Origin: an uncultured bacterium
GTDB taxonomy: Bacteria; Verrucomicrobiota; Verrucomicrobiia; Limisphaerales; UBA8199
DNA length: 64,000 nt
Direction of reading: 5' to 3'
NCBI GenBank assembly: GCA_963749495.1
Contig: CAVVMW010000005.1
Coordinates: forward strand, 320,001-384,000
Notes under the pieces: generated by a model
Database searches by the model: none
The model's input: only the letters and a program-made list of their open reading frames with translations
Told to the model about the DNA's origin: nothing
In this document: positions 13,881 through 25,910 of the stretch, piece after piece
Numbering within the stretch: the stretch's first letter is position 1
Layout of the letters: each line of letters opens with the position of its first letter
Position numbers and translations under genes: made by a program

Positions 13881-14449
13881 AGGTGCAGATCCGGCAACAG
13901 CGCGCTTTCCAGCCCACCCAACCTGACTTCGCGGCTTTGCGCACCGCAGCGAACGAGGAAAGTTGCGGGTTCCGAGCCCACATTCCACAGCAACGCGGCT
14001 CGTGCCGATGGATACCACGCCAGTACGGCGGGTTCGTCCCTTTCGTCGATCGGCCAGGGCCAATGCCCATAAAAGAAGCCCGCCAGCCACACACAAGATA
14101 CTCCTGCCCGGGCCACTAGCGCTGGAAAATCGGGGTCCTGCAGAACGGCCTGGGGGTTGAGGCACAAATGGTATTCGCGGGCTCTGGCCGCCCGCCCGGC
14201 CCAGGCGTGCCAGGGCCAGAAGGCGCCGGTCAGCGAGGCCAACGCTGTGAGTCCGAGGCAGCGGCGGCGCGTCATGCCACCCAATCCGGAGCGGTCCGTG
14301 GGCCGCCGTTGGAGGGTGGCGAGGATCCGTTCTTTGGGTTTCATGAGCACGGCTTACAACGATTAAATGCCGTCTTCACAATGGCAGTAACATCCTGGTG
14401 CATGGGCGCAGAGCCTAACGAGTCATTTCGGGACAGGCAAGCAGCCGGT

Positions 14450-16186
14450 TCACCATCTGGGCTTTTGGTTCCGAGCGAACCAATCGCATAAGAGCCTCTG
14501 CCGTTCCGTGGGCGAGGCGGCCGGCCGAGTGTCCTGCCGATCCGGGCCGTGCTCGACGCTCCAGCCGCTCCATTCCCGGAAGGCGTGATAGCTCCAGTCC
14601 CACCCATGGGCCTCAAAGATGTCAATCAGGTCGCCCAGATAACGGCAGGCGCTGTTGTCGGGCGCCCAGCGAATGGCGCTGAACTCGCCGATATAGAGGT
14701 GAACATGGTAGCGCTCCTGAAAGGCAATCGCCGGTCGAAGCGCCCGCTCAAGCTGGGCCTTGTCCCACTGTTTGCCCTCGATCAGGCCGGGATAGCGATA
14801 GGCTGGCCCAGAAGCGTACACTCCCTGGTGGGTGAAGGCGTGCGGCAGGTACATGTGGACGCTATAGACCACGTTCGAGACCGCGATGGGGACCAGCTCG
14901 TTCAGGCCCTCTGGGCTGCCCCATTGCGCGGGCTCGACGATGAGGGCCCGCTCGGGATCGATGGCGCGGATGGCGCGGGCAGCCCGTTCTGCCAGCGCCT
15001 GCCAGTCATCACAGAAGCGAATGAGATTGGCCTTCCAGTCCTGGCCGAGCACACGGAGGCTCTCGGGGTCGATGCCCGGGCTGACCATCGCGCCTCGCAG
15101 CCGAGGCAGAGAGTGGCCTTTGAAAACCGGACCTGCCACAGGTTCTGGCTGCACCACGAGCGGCGCCTTGGCCACGGTGAGTTTGAGGTCGTCAAACCAG
15201 ACCTTGCCGGTGACTTGCTCCAGGCCCAGCACGAGCATGAGGTTCGTGGCGTCGGCTGGGACGTAGGCCGCGAACGCGGCTCGCCGCCAGTCGAGGGTGC
15301 CCGTTTCCACGGTGGCTTGCGGATAGGATTTTCCGGCCGGGCTCTCGGCGATGAGCATGAACTTGATGCCGTTCCAGGGGTTCGGCTTGGGGCTGACCTG
15401 CTCCGCACGCACCATCACCGAGCCGCGAACCCGGCAGCCGCGCAGGGCTTCGGCCGGCAGGTGCCTGGAGAGGATAGCGCCGGACGCCTTGGCCTTGACC
15501 TCCAAAGCCACCGCTTGAGGACTGGCATAACCCGGTTCCAACACCGCCGCGCCGGACCACCCGCTGAGCGCGTTGGAACCTTCAAAATCGGCCTGATAAA
15601 CCACGTCACCCTTCCTCAACGTCTCCGAATCATCGACCGGTGGAATCAGCGGCAGGTCCAGCCAGGCCAGGCCAACGTCGCGACCCATGTGGCTCTTCAC
15701 TCCACCCGGCATTTTCGCCGAACCGTTCCCGTCGTAGAAAACCGCCAGGCGACTCCCGGCTTTCACGACCGAGGGGAGGCCGATGATGTGCTTTGACCAT
15801 TTGCAGTTCTTCCGGTCGAGCACCACCGCCTTGTGGTCGCGGTTCCAGCGGGTGAGGTCCCGGCTCCAATAAACCCAGATGGCGTCCGTGTACTCCAAAC
15901 TCCCGCCATGTTGCCACACCCAGACATCTCTTCCTCCCAGGGCATCGCAATTCCCCGGACCCCCACCATGGCGGAGCACGATGCCCTCGTCCTGGGCCTC
16001 CAGGCGCCACTTCGCTGCGGGTCGTCCATCCGGGTATATTGCCGCTTGGGCAGCTCGCTCCACGCGCGACCCGGCGCTCGCGGCATTCCCCAGGGTGAGA
16101 CTGGCCAGCAGCGCGCAAAGCCAGCCGGGGCGGATCATGGTCTTCGAGACGGCAAAGAATCGCCGCTTGAGCGGGAGCCTGTTCAT
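14450..16186 (-). pseudogene. Chimeric glycosidase: propeller fragment + carbohydrate-binding module + GH5-like C-terminus, internally deleted
   Basis: VYSVHMY.PH.FTHQG, LYIGEFSAIRWAP, WSYHAFREW; the N-E-P acid/base segment is missing. Confidence 0.65.
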
Positions 16187-16396
16187 AGGGAGTCTCGTCT
16201 AACCAGGAAAGGTCGGCGCTCGCCGCTTTCTGGTGGTTCGGGCCGTTGGCAGTTAGCTTCGTGGCCCAACCAGCCCCTCCAGGTTGGTCCTTCATCCATT
16301 CTTCCAGTTCGTTACGTGCATCGGCGTTGGGGAAGAGCACCCCCACCGCGTCGGTCGACTGGAGTGGAAGGATTGTTTCCTTGGGGTCCGAGTTGG

Positions 16397-16723
16397 TTAG
16401 CTTCCATAAACGCAAACAGCGGTGGCTAGAATGTCCTCCCGTGCGAAACGGTTGGGCGATCTTTCCAGGGACCCGCGGAGCACAAAGTCCACGCGAGCAC
16501 CGACCAACTCCTCCGCTTCCCCGGCCATTTCGAGCAGGTCCGAAGTCGGGCGGCGGTTGGACTCGTCCAGGGTGACCAACAGATCGACATCACTCTCGGC
16601 GGTGGCCAGGCCTTTTGCTGCCGACCCGAACACCTCCAAGCGGCGGACACGGTGCTTCTCGCAGAAGGGCCGGAGCACAGTCCGCAGTTCCGCGAGCGTG
16701 AGTGGGGCCTGACGTCGTTGCAT
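16397..16723 (-). CDS. Minimal nucleotidyltransferase (MNT) antitoxin; HEPN partner not intact
   Basis: LEVFGSAAKG...SDVDLLV...VDFV. Confidence 0.88.
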   Translation of the reverse strand: MQRRQAPLTLAELRTVLRPFCEKHRVRRLEVFGSAAKGLATAESDVDLLVTLDESNRRPTSDLLEMAGEAEELVGARVDFVLRGSLERSPNRFAREDILATAVCVYGS

Positions 16724-16905
16724 GCAGCCAAGCTACCAAGAGAATCCGTTGGCATCAAGCAGGCCGATGCCGTAGGTGCGCTCCACAGGGCAGCCAACTG
16801 AGAGGGGACGAGCAGGTAAGGGCTGCCGCCTATGGCTTGGTTTCAATTTCGACCGCGGCCTCATTCAGGCCCTTCGCGCGCGCGGTCACCCGGACCTTGC
16901 CCGGT

Positions 16906-17936
16906 TCACGGGTGGATTGCAGGATGGCCACGCCGCGTCCGTGATAGGCGTTGCGAACGCCATCCTTCCCCGTCGCTGGGCTGTCCGTTGAGAAAGAAGC
17001 CCTGGTCGGGATCGAAACGGAGCGTGCGGATTCCGAACGGGGTTACGGTTTCGTCCACCAGCTCGCTCTTCCGACTTAACCGGCTCTTCACGCTGTAGAG
17101 CACGGGGGAACCGGAGGACCACAATTGCGGGCCGGGGAGTTTGATTTGCTGAACGACGGTTTGGTTGGTGCCGTGCGGGAGCGTGCCGGTGGCCGTAACG
17201 GAGGCGACGGCGCGACCGTCAGGCGTGAATAGCTCTGTTTCCAGGGAGAAGGACTGGGTCTGGCCGGTGCCATTTTCCACAGCCGTCTCGATGCGAACGG
17301 TGGCGGAACCCGCCGTGACCTCGGGCGCGGTGACATACGTGCCCCAGTGCGCGATGCGCAGCCTGTCCGTAAGCTGGAGCCGGACATGCCGGTAAATGCC
17401 CGAGCCGGTGTACCAGCGCGAATCGGCAAACCGGGAATGGTCCACGCGCACGGCCAGCAGGTTCTCGGCCCCGAAGCGCACCAGCGGCGTGAGCACACAC
17501 TCAAAGCTGGAGTACCCATACGGCCGGCCGCCCACAAAGTGGCCGTTGATCCAGACCCCGAGTAATCATAGATGCCGTCGAACTCGACCGCGACGAGCTT
17601 GTTGGTATCGGCGGCGTCCGGCTTGAACCGCTTGCGATACCAGCCGACTCCGCCCGGAGCGTAGCCGTTGCCGCTGGCGTACTCGGCGCTGAACGGCCCT
17701 TCGCTGCTCCAATCGTGGGGTAGATTCACCGCTCGCCAGGCGGCATCATCAAAGGCCGGCAGCATCGCCGTGGCGAAGTCCCCCTTGCTGAAACGCCAGT
17801 CGCCGTCAAAATCGAGCACTTTCCTTATAGGAGGGGCGGTGGCCGCGCTCACACCGGCGAAGCCGATAGCTGTAGAGACCATGATGAGAAAAAGGACCGG
17901 GCGGATTCCGAAGGGGCGCGGCTTCATGGGGTTCAA
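16906..17936 (-). pseudogene. GH2 beta-galactosidase N-terminal domains, frameshifted and truncated
   Basis: FDDAAWRAVNLPHDWS, GWYRKRF, FDG, RPYGYSSF, SRWYTGSGIYRHV, FGIRTLRFD. Confidence 0.88.
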
Positions 17937-18577
17937 TGGTTCATTCCAGGCAGAAGCGAAGCATTCATGGCCGGAGCATGACCCGCAGCCGAAAACCGCA
18001 CAACCGCTTTTTATCAGGCCACATCATTTGGCCCGAGTCGCCTGCAGGGCTCTGATGGCAGGCGCCGCGGGAGAAATCGTTCACGGGCACCAGCGGGATG
18101 ATTCTGTGGCGGGCGTAAAACTCATCCGGGTGCATTGCGTGGTGCAGGCCCATGGGCGGGCGGTCGAACGTGAAGGCGAGGCCCGAGAAACCGGTCACCT
18201 CCAGCGGCGCGTCCGAGTGATGGTTCTCGACCCGCGCGCTGATGGTCGCGTCCTCACCCACGAACGTGTAGTCAAAGACGCAAACCAGAATTTGAGGCGC
18301 GGCTGCGCTACTTCCGGCTCCAATCGATCTGGTTGAAGGCCGAAGCTGGGTCTCGAGTCAATTCGAAGGCCGGGCTGGGCTGGGGGCGTCCCGGGGGAGA
18401 ATAGAACCGCGCCGCCTGCACCGCTCCTGCCAAATCCGCTCCGCGCAGTTCGAGCACGTGGTGACCGGGTGGAAGGCCTTGCGCGACGGTGATGCAGGCT
18501 TCCAGGCCGGGTGGGGTGGGCTGAGGCACGACCATGTCGGTGCCACGGAGGATAGCTCGCCAGGTTACGGAATCAGT

Positions 18578-21433
18578 TCAATTAGCGGTTTGGCCGTTAA
18601 GGTGAAGACGGGGCCGTCCGCGGTCGAGCACCACCGCGACGTGCTGCCAAACACCGGGTTTCAATACCTTTTGAGCATGCACCTGCTGATTCCCAGCAAT
18701 GAGTCGCAGGCTCAAGCCCGGCCAAGTGTCCAGGAGAAAACCGTCGTTCTTGCCCACTGTGATCTTGTCCAGCACGCGGCCGGATTCCTTCTCGCCGGGA
18801 CAAATCCAGGCTTCGAATGAGATCGCGCCGGCAAAATCCTCCGCGCTCGCAGGCAACGTATCACCCGGTTTCGGATCCAGCCACGAGCGGACGGCTTGTG
18901 GAGCGGTGACCGGCTTGGTTCGGTCGCCCAAGGCCAGTTCTCGAATTGCCTGGGCCGAAAGTTTGCCGCGAAACAGGGTGACGCGGCCAATCTGACCCGA
19001 GAACCGGTTGCCACCGTTCTGGTCCATGCCCGCGCGCAGGGCATAGGCGTTGGGCGGGACAGGCGGCGCCAGCGGTTTGGCTGGCTGCACTTGACAGACC
19101 GTTACGTCCTCCTTCCGCGATGCTGGAACAATGTCCCAGGCGGCCAGCCTGCCCTCCTTAACGGTTCCGCTGAGCATGGCGCCATGCGTCAAGTGCAGTT
19201 TGAAATCGACATCCCAGTCGGCAGGCCAGGCCGGCAAGAGCAAAATCTTGCTGCCGGCCTCCTGAATGAGCATTCGCTCCAAGGCCACCGAGCCGGCGCC
19301 GAAATGGTCGAAGTCCGGGCAGGAGTCCGGGCCTTCTTTGCCATAGAGCGGGAAGCGGCACATGGTGGAGGCGGTGCGGAACCGGCGCACCAGGCCGTCG
19401 GCCGCCTCGGCGGCATTTCCGGCGCAGGCCCAGTGGATTTGATCCTGGGTCCAACAGGCGCACCCGAACATGTCCGGGCAGGAACGGTGTTTCATCGTCC
19501 AGTTCGCGACATCGGCGCTCCCGAGCGCGAGGCCAAAACAGCGGAAGGGGAAGACCGGGTAAAGTTCGCCGTTCTCAGCGTTGCTTTGTTTTTCCCACGT
19601 CTCGGCCGGGGCAATCGCTTGCCTGCCTTCGATAGTCCGCAGAGGAACCTCCGGGACCGCGGCACGGAGTCTCTGCCAGCGGCTCTGGTCTTCTGCTGTC
19701 CCGGCGTTCATCCTCAGCAATTCATCCAGGCAGAACCGCAGGCCAGCGACATCGGGCGCCGGGTTGACGGCGACCCACCAGGTTTCGAGCACCTGGGCGG
19801 GCTCGAGGCGGAGCTTGCCGTCCGCGCCGCGAGCGTAGTGCCGGTCGAAAAAGAGGAGGACTTCCCGCGCAAAGGGCACCAGCACGCCCTCGCGAAAGCT
19901 ATGATCCTCCGTGTAATCGGCATAGTCGAGCATCATCGCCAGGATTTCCAGGCCGCTGGTAAAATAGTAGTCATGATACCAGCCCTCATACTTTTCGCCC
20001 GGCTTGGTTCTGGGCGGCTGGCCGCCGTGATCGCAGTCGCGCTCGGCTCCTGTCGGCTCGATGTTCTCGCGGTAGTAGGCGCCTTCGTGCCCGAACCAGG
20101 CCTTGGTGATCGCCTTTCGCATCGGCAGCAGATTCCAGTAGTAATCGAAAAACGGCTTCATCAGATCGAAGTCGCCGCTGGCCAGCATCTGCCAATAGAG
20201 CAACCGCTGGTTCTGAAAGGTGAATCGCCGGCCCCAGAGCCGGTCGTCCTCGTGAGTGAGCCAGGTGCCGTCAGGCTGCTTCACCGCGCCCGGCCGGCCT
20301 TGTTCACCGCGGAGACGCAACTGCTGCGTGAACAGCCCGCCGTTGAACTTGGTTTGGATGCGTCCTCGGCTCTGGCAGGCCATCAGGAACCGGAAGACGT
20401 TATAGCTCTGTGCCGCTAAAGCCACGCCGTCCTCCTCGTCGCGGTCTCCGCCCGAAGAAGGTTCACCGCTGAGCTTCCCTCGTTCATCCGGCGGTAAATT
20501 CCGGTCGGAAGCGTCGATCCAGCTCCGCTCCCAGAAGTTCGCCCACCACGCGCAGTGTTTTTCCCAATCGTGCGCCGCATCCACCGGTTGCGCCGCCTGC
20601 TGTTCGATAGTCTCGATCCACGCCTCTGGCTTGGGCGTCTGCATCGCCAGCCCATGAATGCGAATATCGAAACTCCGGCCCGTGCCGCAAAGCGCCCCCT
20701 CTTTGAGCGTCATCGTTGGGCATTCGAGCAGGTTGCCGAAGGTATTGAACCGAAACGGGTCCGGGAAACGCGTCGCCATCTGCTCGACTTGGTAAAACTT
20801 GAGGTCATCGGCATAGACGCTGTGGTCGCCGACCGCGAAATACCAGAGCAGTCTCCCGTTTCGTTCCAGACGCACATCCTGGGGAGGCCCCCCGGTCCCA
20901 ATCACCCCGCGGGAATAGGTGCTGACGCAGTTGAAATCGCAGTGGTCCAAACGCTTCCAGAATTCCGGTCGCGTCGTGACCGCCACTCCGCGGGGCGAAT
21001 GGATTTCGATGTGATAGACGGGCCGATTCGCATCCACCCAAATCCGAATCTCCGTCCCGTCCGCCTGGATGCGAACCGAGCCGGTGGGCAAATCGAGCGT
21101 CTGACGGAACGGCTTTCCGCCGACGAAGGGATTGGGGTCGAGCGAGACCCGCACCCGCCCGGTCTTGTAGAGGTCGCCCATGTAATTGAAGGCATCGTTC
21201 TTGGAGAGCAGCAGAAACAAGTCGCCGTTTTCGATGGCGTACACGCCGGCGGCAATATCCCCGTTGCCAATGGGCATCACGCCAGTGGCGTCCTTCGAGG
21301 GCGTGCTCCAGATCACGTTGTAGCGGCCCATGCGCTTCGCGGCAGCCTCTGCGGATGGCTTGGGCCCGGCAGCCTGAATCGGCACGAGCGAGAGCAGCAG
21401 CAGGCCGGTTTGTACAAGTTGAATAGGGCTCAT
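18578..21433 (-). CDS. DUF5703/GH95-like glycoside hydrolase with C-terminal LamG-like module
   Basis: MPIGNGD, KFNGGLFT, QNQRL.YW, NAENGELYPVFPF, LLPAWPADWDVDFKLH. Confidence 0.82.
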   Translation of the reverse strand: MSPIQLVQTGLLLLSLVPIQAAGPKPSAEAAAKRMGRYNVIWSTPSKDATGVMPIGNGDIAAGVYAIENGDLFLLLSKNDAFNYMGDLYKTGRVRVSLDPNPFVGGKPFRQTLDLPTGSVRIQADGTEIRIWVDANRPVYHIEIHSPRGVAVTTRPEFWKRLDHCDFNCVSTYSRGVIGTGGPPQDVRLERNGRLLWYFAVGDHSVYADDLKFYQVEQMATRFPDPFRFNTFGNLLECPTMTLKEGALCGTGRSFDIRIHGLAMQTPKPEAWIETIEQQAAQPVDAAHDWEKHCAWWANFWERSWIDASDRNLPPDERGKLSGEPSSGGDRDEEDGVALAAQSYNVFRFLMACQSRGRIQTKFNGGLFTQQLRLRGEQGRPGAVKQPDGTWLTHEDDRLWGRRFTFQNQRLLYWQMLASGDFDLMKPFFDYYWNLLPMRKAITKAWFGHEGAYYRENIEPTGAERDCDHGGQPPRTKPGEKYEGWYHDYYFTSGLEILAMMLDYADYTEDHSFREGVLVPFAREVLLFFDRHYARGADGKLRLEPAQVLETWWVAVNPAPDVAGLRFCLDELLRMNAGTAEDQSRWQRLRAAVPEVPLRTIEGRQAIAPAETWEKQSNAENGELYPVFPFRCFGLALGSADVANWTMKHRSCPDMFGCACWTQDQIHWACAGNAAEAADGLVRRFRTASTMCRFPLYGKEGPDSCPDFDHFGAGSVALERMLIQEAGSKILLLPAWPADWDVDFKLHLTHGAMLSGTVKEGRLAAWDIVPASRKEDVTVCQVQPAKPLAPPVPPNAYALRAGMDQNGGNRFSGQIGRVTLFRGKLSAQAIRELALGDRTKPVTAPQAVRSWLDPKPGDTLPASAEDFAGAISFEAWICPGEKESGRVLDKITVGKNDGFLLDTWPGLSLRLIAGNQQVHAQKVLKPGVWQHVAVVLDRGRPRLHLNGQTAN

Positions 21434-21504
21434 GATCCTGATCTTTCTATTGAGCCAGGACACCTTCTGATGACGGATGCCTTGAGGCGCCGGAGCGCTG
21501 CGCG

Positions 21505-22836
21505 TCAGACCGACCAGGGCGCGCGGTAGTCGCGTGTCAGCCATGTGGGATCACCCGTGCCGCCGGCGAATTCCAGCTTGAACGGGTCCCACTTCAGATG
21601 CGCGTGGTGGTAATAGCTCTGGTTCACCAGATGACAGCAGATGGCGGAGCGCGCACCGACCTGTTCGCTGGTGATCGGCTTCTTGCGGGCCTTCACACAA
21701 CCCAGGAAATCGGTGAGGTGATCGCTGCTGGCATAGAGCCGCACTTTGGCGTCTTTGAGGAAATTGCGCTCGGCCAGTTGGACCTGCGCCGCACAGTTTG
21801 TGTCGGTGTCCTGCCTGCCGCGGTAAGATGCCACCGGCTTGCCGTCAAGGAGGACTACGAACTGGCCGCGGTTGACCAGCACCTCGCCATTCGCGCCAAA
21901 GAACTGCACCCCAAAGCCATTGACGTGTTCCACCGTGATGCCATTGGCATAAACCAGCTTGGCGCCGCGCTTGGCTTGCGGCGCGCCGGCGGGAAGGACT
22001 TCCACCGGGCCGCTGTCATCCATGCCAAGCCCCCACTGGGCGATGTCCAGGTGATGCGCGCCCCAGTCGCCCACGCCGCCGCTGCCGTATTCCATGTAGT
22101 CGCGCCACGCCGGAAAACCCCTGTGAACGCCGCGCGGGCTGAGCACCGAACTGTAGCCGCGCAGCGGTGCCGGGCCGCACCAGAAGTTCCAATCCAGTCC
22201 CGGCTCCGGTGATTCTTCCTTCAGATCGCATGGCCGGCCCGGGTCGCCGAAGCTGCAGTCGACCTTCTGGATCTTGCCGATCACGCCATTGCGCACCAGT
22301 TCGCACGCCACTCGGAATTCCTTCATCGAGCGCTGCATGGAGCCGGTCTGCAGGACGCGTTGGTTCGCGTCCACGGCCTTCATGACCTCGATCGCCTCGT
22401 GGATATTGTGCGTCAGCGGCTTCTCGCAATAGACGTCCTTGCCAGAGCGCAGCACGGCCAGCATCGGGATGGCGTGCCAGTGATCGGGCGTGGCGATGCA
22501 GACGGCATCAATATCGTTGCGGGCGATGACCTCGCGGAAATCGTTGTAGGCGGCGCAATCGCTGTTCCCATAGGCCTTGTCCACGATCTGTTTCGCGTCG
22601 GTCCGGCGGGTGGTGTCCACGTCGCAGACCGCCAGCACCCGCGTCTGCCGGCCGAGAAACCCCCTCATCAAGCCGCGCCCTTGCGTGCCCAGGCCGATGA
22701 ACCCCATCGTGAGACGCCCGCTGGGTGGCGTTGCCGCGCTCCACAGGCGAGCGGGCAAGAGCAGCGGCGCGGTGGCGGTGACGGTGGCGGCGGCCTTCAG
22801 GAAGTGCCGGCGACTGAACTGGGCGGTTGATTTCAT
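21505..22836 (-). CDS. Gfo/Idh/MocA oxidoreductase with Tat signal
   Basis: SRRHFLK, GFIGLGTQG, IATPDHWH, YCEKP, DWGAHHLD. Confidence 0.95.
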   Translation of the reverse strand: MKSTAQFSRRHFLKAAATVTATAPLLLPARLWSAATPPSGRLTMGFIGLGTQGRGLMRGFLGRQTRVLAVCDVDTTRRTDAKQIVDKAYGNSDCAAYNDFREVIARNDIDAVCIATPDHWHAIPMLAVLRSGKDVYCEKPLTHNIHEAIEVMKAVDANQRVLQTGSMQRSMKEFRVACELVRNGVIGKIQKVDCSFGDPGRPCDLKEESPEPGLDWNFWCGPAPLRGYSSVLSPRGVHRGFPAWRDYMEYGSGGVGDWGAHHLDIAQWGLGMDDSGPVEVLPAGAPQAKRGAKLVYANGITVEHVNGFGVQFFGANGEVLVNRGQFVVLLDGKPVASYRGRQDTDTNCAAQVQLAERNFLKDAKVRLYASSDHLTDFLGCVKARKKPITSEQVGARSAICCHLVNQSYYHHAHLKWDPFKLEFAGGTGDPTWLTRDYRAPWSV

Positions 22837-22991
22837 AACTGCATCGAGGATGACGGTCGTCCAACCGCAGATCAACACTCATTTTGGCGCCCCCGACGTT
22901 GCGGTGCTTCCACGCAGCAGGTTCGCTCGGTGGCTTTTCACTTTTTGGTCGCTATTGGCGCACCAGCCTGGCTTGCGCAAGCTTGGCGTGG

Positions 22992-24299
22992 TCACTGCTG
23001 CTCGCCTGATCGCTGCGCAACGTCCATCGCGATGGTGGCCCATTCCCACAGCCGCTGCGGTTGGTAGCGCACCGTGGAGATGTCTTTCATGATGAACTCG
23101 ACATGGCCGCCGCGGGCTGCCGCCAGGAAATCGCCGAGATCCTGCCGCGCCTGACCGGGATTCCAATGGTCTTGGGCGAAAATCGCCGGGTTGGGTTTGC
23201 GACTCATGACCCAGTGCGGACCGATGGTCTCGACCGCCCGTTCCGTCTTGCACCAGGGCGTGACGGAAACCTTGCGCAAGTTGGGGATTTTCCTCAGGAG
23301 CTCGACTTTGCCATCCAGGGGTTCGCAGCAGCCGTAGTAAGCGAGGCCCCAGCGGGAAAGCCAGCGGAGATCATGTTGCAGGGCGAATTCCCAGTGCATG
23401 CGGGGCGAGACTTCGGAGAAGATTTGCGCGTTGGAGCACCCCCACATATTGTGCGGTCGCACCCGGCCCGGATCGTAGTTCCCGCCCGGCAACGAGCGGG
23501 TGTAGCCGTAGCCGCCGGAACCGATCCGCGTGTTATTGGCGTCGAGCGAGAAAAGGTTGAGAGCCTCGAACTGATCGAGTTCGGTCATCCAGGCGTCCAC
23601 CATCCGCTCAACGGCGGCGTGGACCAGATCAGGCCGTTCAACCAGGTCCAGCATGGCCTCCTCGATGCCCCACCAGCGAATGAGGTAATCCCACGGGGTG
23701 TACCAGATGTGGGTCTGCCCCACTTTGCGGACCGGCATGAGGCCGGCGCAAATCTCGGAGATCACGCGAAAACGCTCCTCCGTGGCTGCCGCGACATGGG
23801 TAACCCTGGGCATCTGGATCTTCTCCAGGTCCGGCCAGCCGCGAATCTGAATATGAAAGTGGCGTGAGACGATGGGGTTGGCTTCGTCGGTCTTGGCCAG
23901 GTCCACGTCCTCGACGATGCCGAAGTCGGTGCTGTGGATAGCCAGGGGGCACTCGATGAAATCACTCACGATCATGTCCGCGGGCAGGTGCCGCCACTGG
24001 TAGAGCGTTTGCCGCAACGTCGTCTCCCACTCGCGCGCCCACGGGTGCCGCGTGCGGAGCGTCAGTTCGTCATTGACGTTCATCTCGTGCCACGGGATTT
24101 CGTTGATCCAGACCATCGGGCGCGCGGATTCGAGATCGTTGAGTCGGCGCCACAGCTCGGCTTTCTCACGGTGGACCGGGAGCGCGGCAATCTCCGCCAG
24201 TTCGGCGACGAGGCGGCGGAGGACTTCCTTCTCGTCCTGCTGGAGCTTGATTTCCTCCGTGGTGATGGGCTGTGGGCGATGACTGGGGTCGTGGAGCAT
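22992..24299 (-). CDS. Uroporphyrinogen decarboxylase/methyltransferase-like hypothetical protein
   Basis: EIPWHE, GIEEAMLDL, FSEVSP.MH.EF, YYGCCEPL. Confidence 0.75.
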   Translation of the reverse strand: MLHDPSHRPQPITTEEIKLQQDEKEVLRRLVAELAEIAALPVHREKAELWRRLNDLESARPMVWINEIPWHEMNVNDELTLRTRHPWAREWETTLRQTLYQWRHLPADMIVSDFIECPLAIHSTDFGIVEDVDLAKTDEANPIVSRHFHIQIRGWPDLEKIQMPRVTHVAAATEERFRVISEICAGLMPVRKVGQTHIWYTPWDYLIRWWGIEEAMLDLVERPDLVHAAVERMVDAWMTELDQFEALNLFSLDANNTRIGSGGYGYTRSLPGGNYDPGRVRPHNMWGCSNAQIFSEVSPRMHWEFALQHDLRWLSRWGLAYYGCCEPLDGKVELLRKIPNLRKVSVTPWCKTERAVETIGPHWVMSRKPNPAIFAQDHWNPGQARQDLGDFLAAARGGHVEFIMKDISTVRYQPQRLWEWATIAMDVAQRSGEQQ

Positions 24300-24518
24300 G
24301 GGATGAAACTGGTTTAGGGGGTGGCGGCGTACAACTGAAACTCGCAGATCGTCGGCACTTCGACGGCATTGAGGATGTTCAGACGGAAAAGGCGGGCCGT
24401 GGTCGGTGGAAAGGAGATTTCCTTCGCTGGCCCGATGGTCGTGCCGGCGGCGATGGTTTTCCAAGCGCCGTCTTGCTGATGAATCGTGTCATGTGTTCGT
24501 GTTTTTCAAGGTTTCCAC

Positions 24519-25907
24519 TCATTCCGCGGGTTCCATCTCCTGCCTGTAGAGTCTTCGCCAGCCGAACCCGTAAGCCATGATGCAGACGAAGCAGACCATC
24601 GGCATCAGGAATCCAACGCGCATCGAGTAATGATCCGCCAGCCAGCCCATAAGCATCGGCATGATGGCCCCGCCGACAATGGCAGTCACCATCCATGAGG
24701 ACGCGAGCTTGGTCCGTTCTCCCAGCCCGCGAATCGCCAGCGCGAAGTGCGTCGGATACATGATGGACATGAAGAAAAAGCTGAGCATCAGCGCCACCAC
24801 GGAAACCCAGCCCAGGCTGAGGAACACCAAACCCATGAACACGACGTTGGCGAGCGCATAGAGGCCCAGCACCCGATGCGCCGGCGCAAACCGCAGGATG
24901 GCGCTCCCGGAAAAACGTCCGACTGTGAATAAGATGAACGCCAGCGACAGCATCGTCCCGGCGCAGTAATCGGTGATGTGCCACACGTCGTCGCGCAGAT
25001 ACTTCATGTTTCCTGGGAGCAACTCCGCCAGCCACGCCGGCAGCGGGGGCATGCAGCGGGGGTCCTTCAGGTAATTAATGAAGAAGCTGAAGATGCCGGT
25101 CTGCGCCGCGCAGTAGAGGAATTGCGACGCGATGGCCAGGACGAAATGCCACTCACGGACCAGCGGACGCTCATGCACCCGCCCATTGGCCGCGGCGCGC
25201 GCCTCCTGAGCGGCATGGAGATCGGGCACCGAAGCCAGTGCGAACGCCGCGATCAGCACCGTGACGATCCCGGCCACGATCAGGTAAGGCAGGCAGAGCG
25301 CCGTGTTGCTGGTGTTGACCTGCTCGGTCTTCGACAAAATAAACGAGCCGCCGAGCAGCGGGCCGAAAATCCACCCCACGGCATTGCAGCTTTGCGCCAG
25401 GTTGATCCGCGCCACGCCGGACTCCGGCGCCCCGAGCACCGTCGCATAGGGATTGGCGATAGTTTCGATGAACGTGAATCCGCACGCCACCAATCCGAGC
25501 GCGAGCAGGAAGAAACTGAACACAACCGTCTGGCTCGCGACGATCTTCGTCACCGGCACAAAGCAAATGCACCCGACCGCGATCACCGACAGCCCGAGCA
25601 AAATCCCGCCGCGATAGCCATAGCGCCGCGCGAACATCCCCGCCGGCAACGCCAGCAGGAAATACCCGGCGTACCAGAAGCCCTGCACGAATGCGGACTG
25701 CGCCTTGGAGACTTGGAGTGAATTCTGAAAGTGCTTGTTGAGCACATCAATCATCCCGTTGCACAACCCCGAAAGACAGAACAGGCAACAAACCAACAGG
25801 AACGTGGCCAGATGACTCACGCCATCCGGAGTGCGGAAGAGGCGGCCGGAGGCCTTTCGTCCGAAAAGCGTGGCCGGTCTTTTGGAAGCGGGTTGTTCTG
25901 TGATCAT
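24519..25907 (-). CDS. fucP: MFS sugar transporter, FucP family
   Basis: About 12 TM segments; ETIANPY, RINLAQ, SIMYPTHF, AIVGGA. Confidence 0.88.
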   Translation of the reverse strand: MITEQPASKRPATLFGRKASGRLFRTPDGVSHLATFLLVCCLFCLSGLCNGMIDVLNKHFQNSLQVSKAQSAFVQGFWYAGYFLLALPAGMFARRYGYRGGILLGLSVIAVGCICFVPVTKIVASQTVVFSFFLLALGLVACGFTFIETIANPYATVLGAPESGVARINLAQSCNAVGWIFGPLLGGSFILSKTEQVNTSNTALCLPYLIVAGIVTVLIAAFALASVPDLHAAQEARAAANGRVHERPLVREWHFVLAIASQFLYCAAQTGIFSFFINYLKDPRCMPPLPAWLAELLPGNMKYLRDDVWHITDYCAGTMLSLAFILFTVGRFSGSAILRFAPAHRVLGLYALANVVFMGLVFLSLGWVSVVALMLSFFFMSIMYPTHFALAIRGLGERTKLASSWMVTAIVGGAIMPMLMGWLADHYSMRVGFLMPMVCFVCIMAYGFGWRRLYRQEMEPAE

Positions 25908-25910
25908 GTT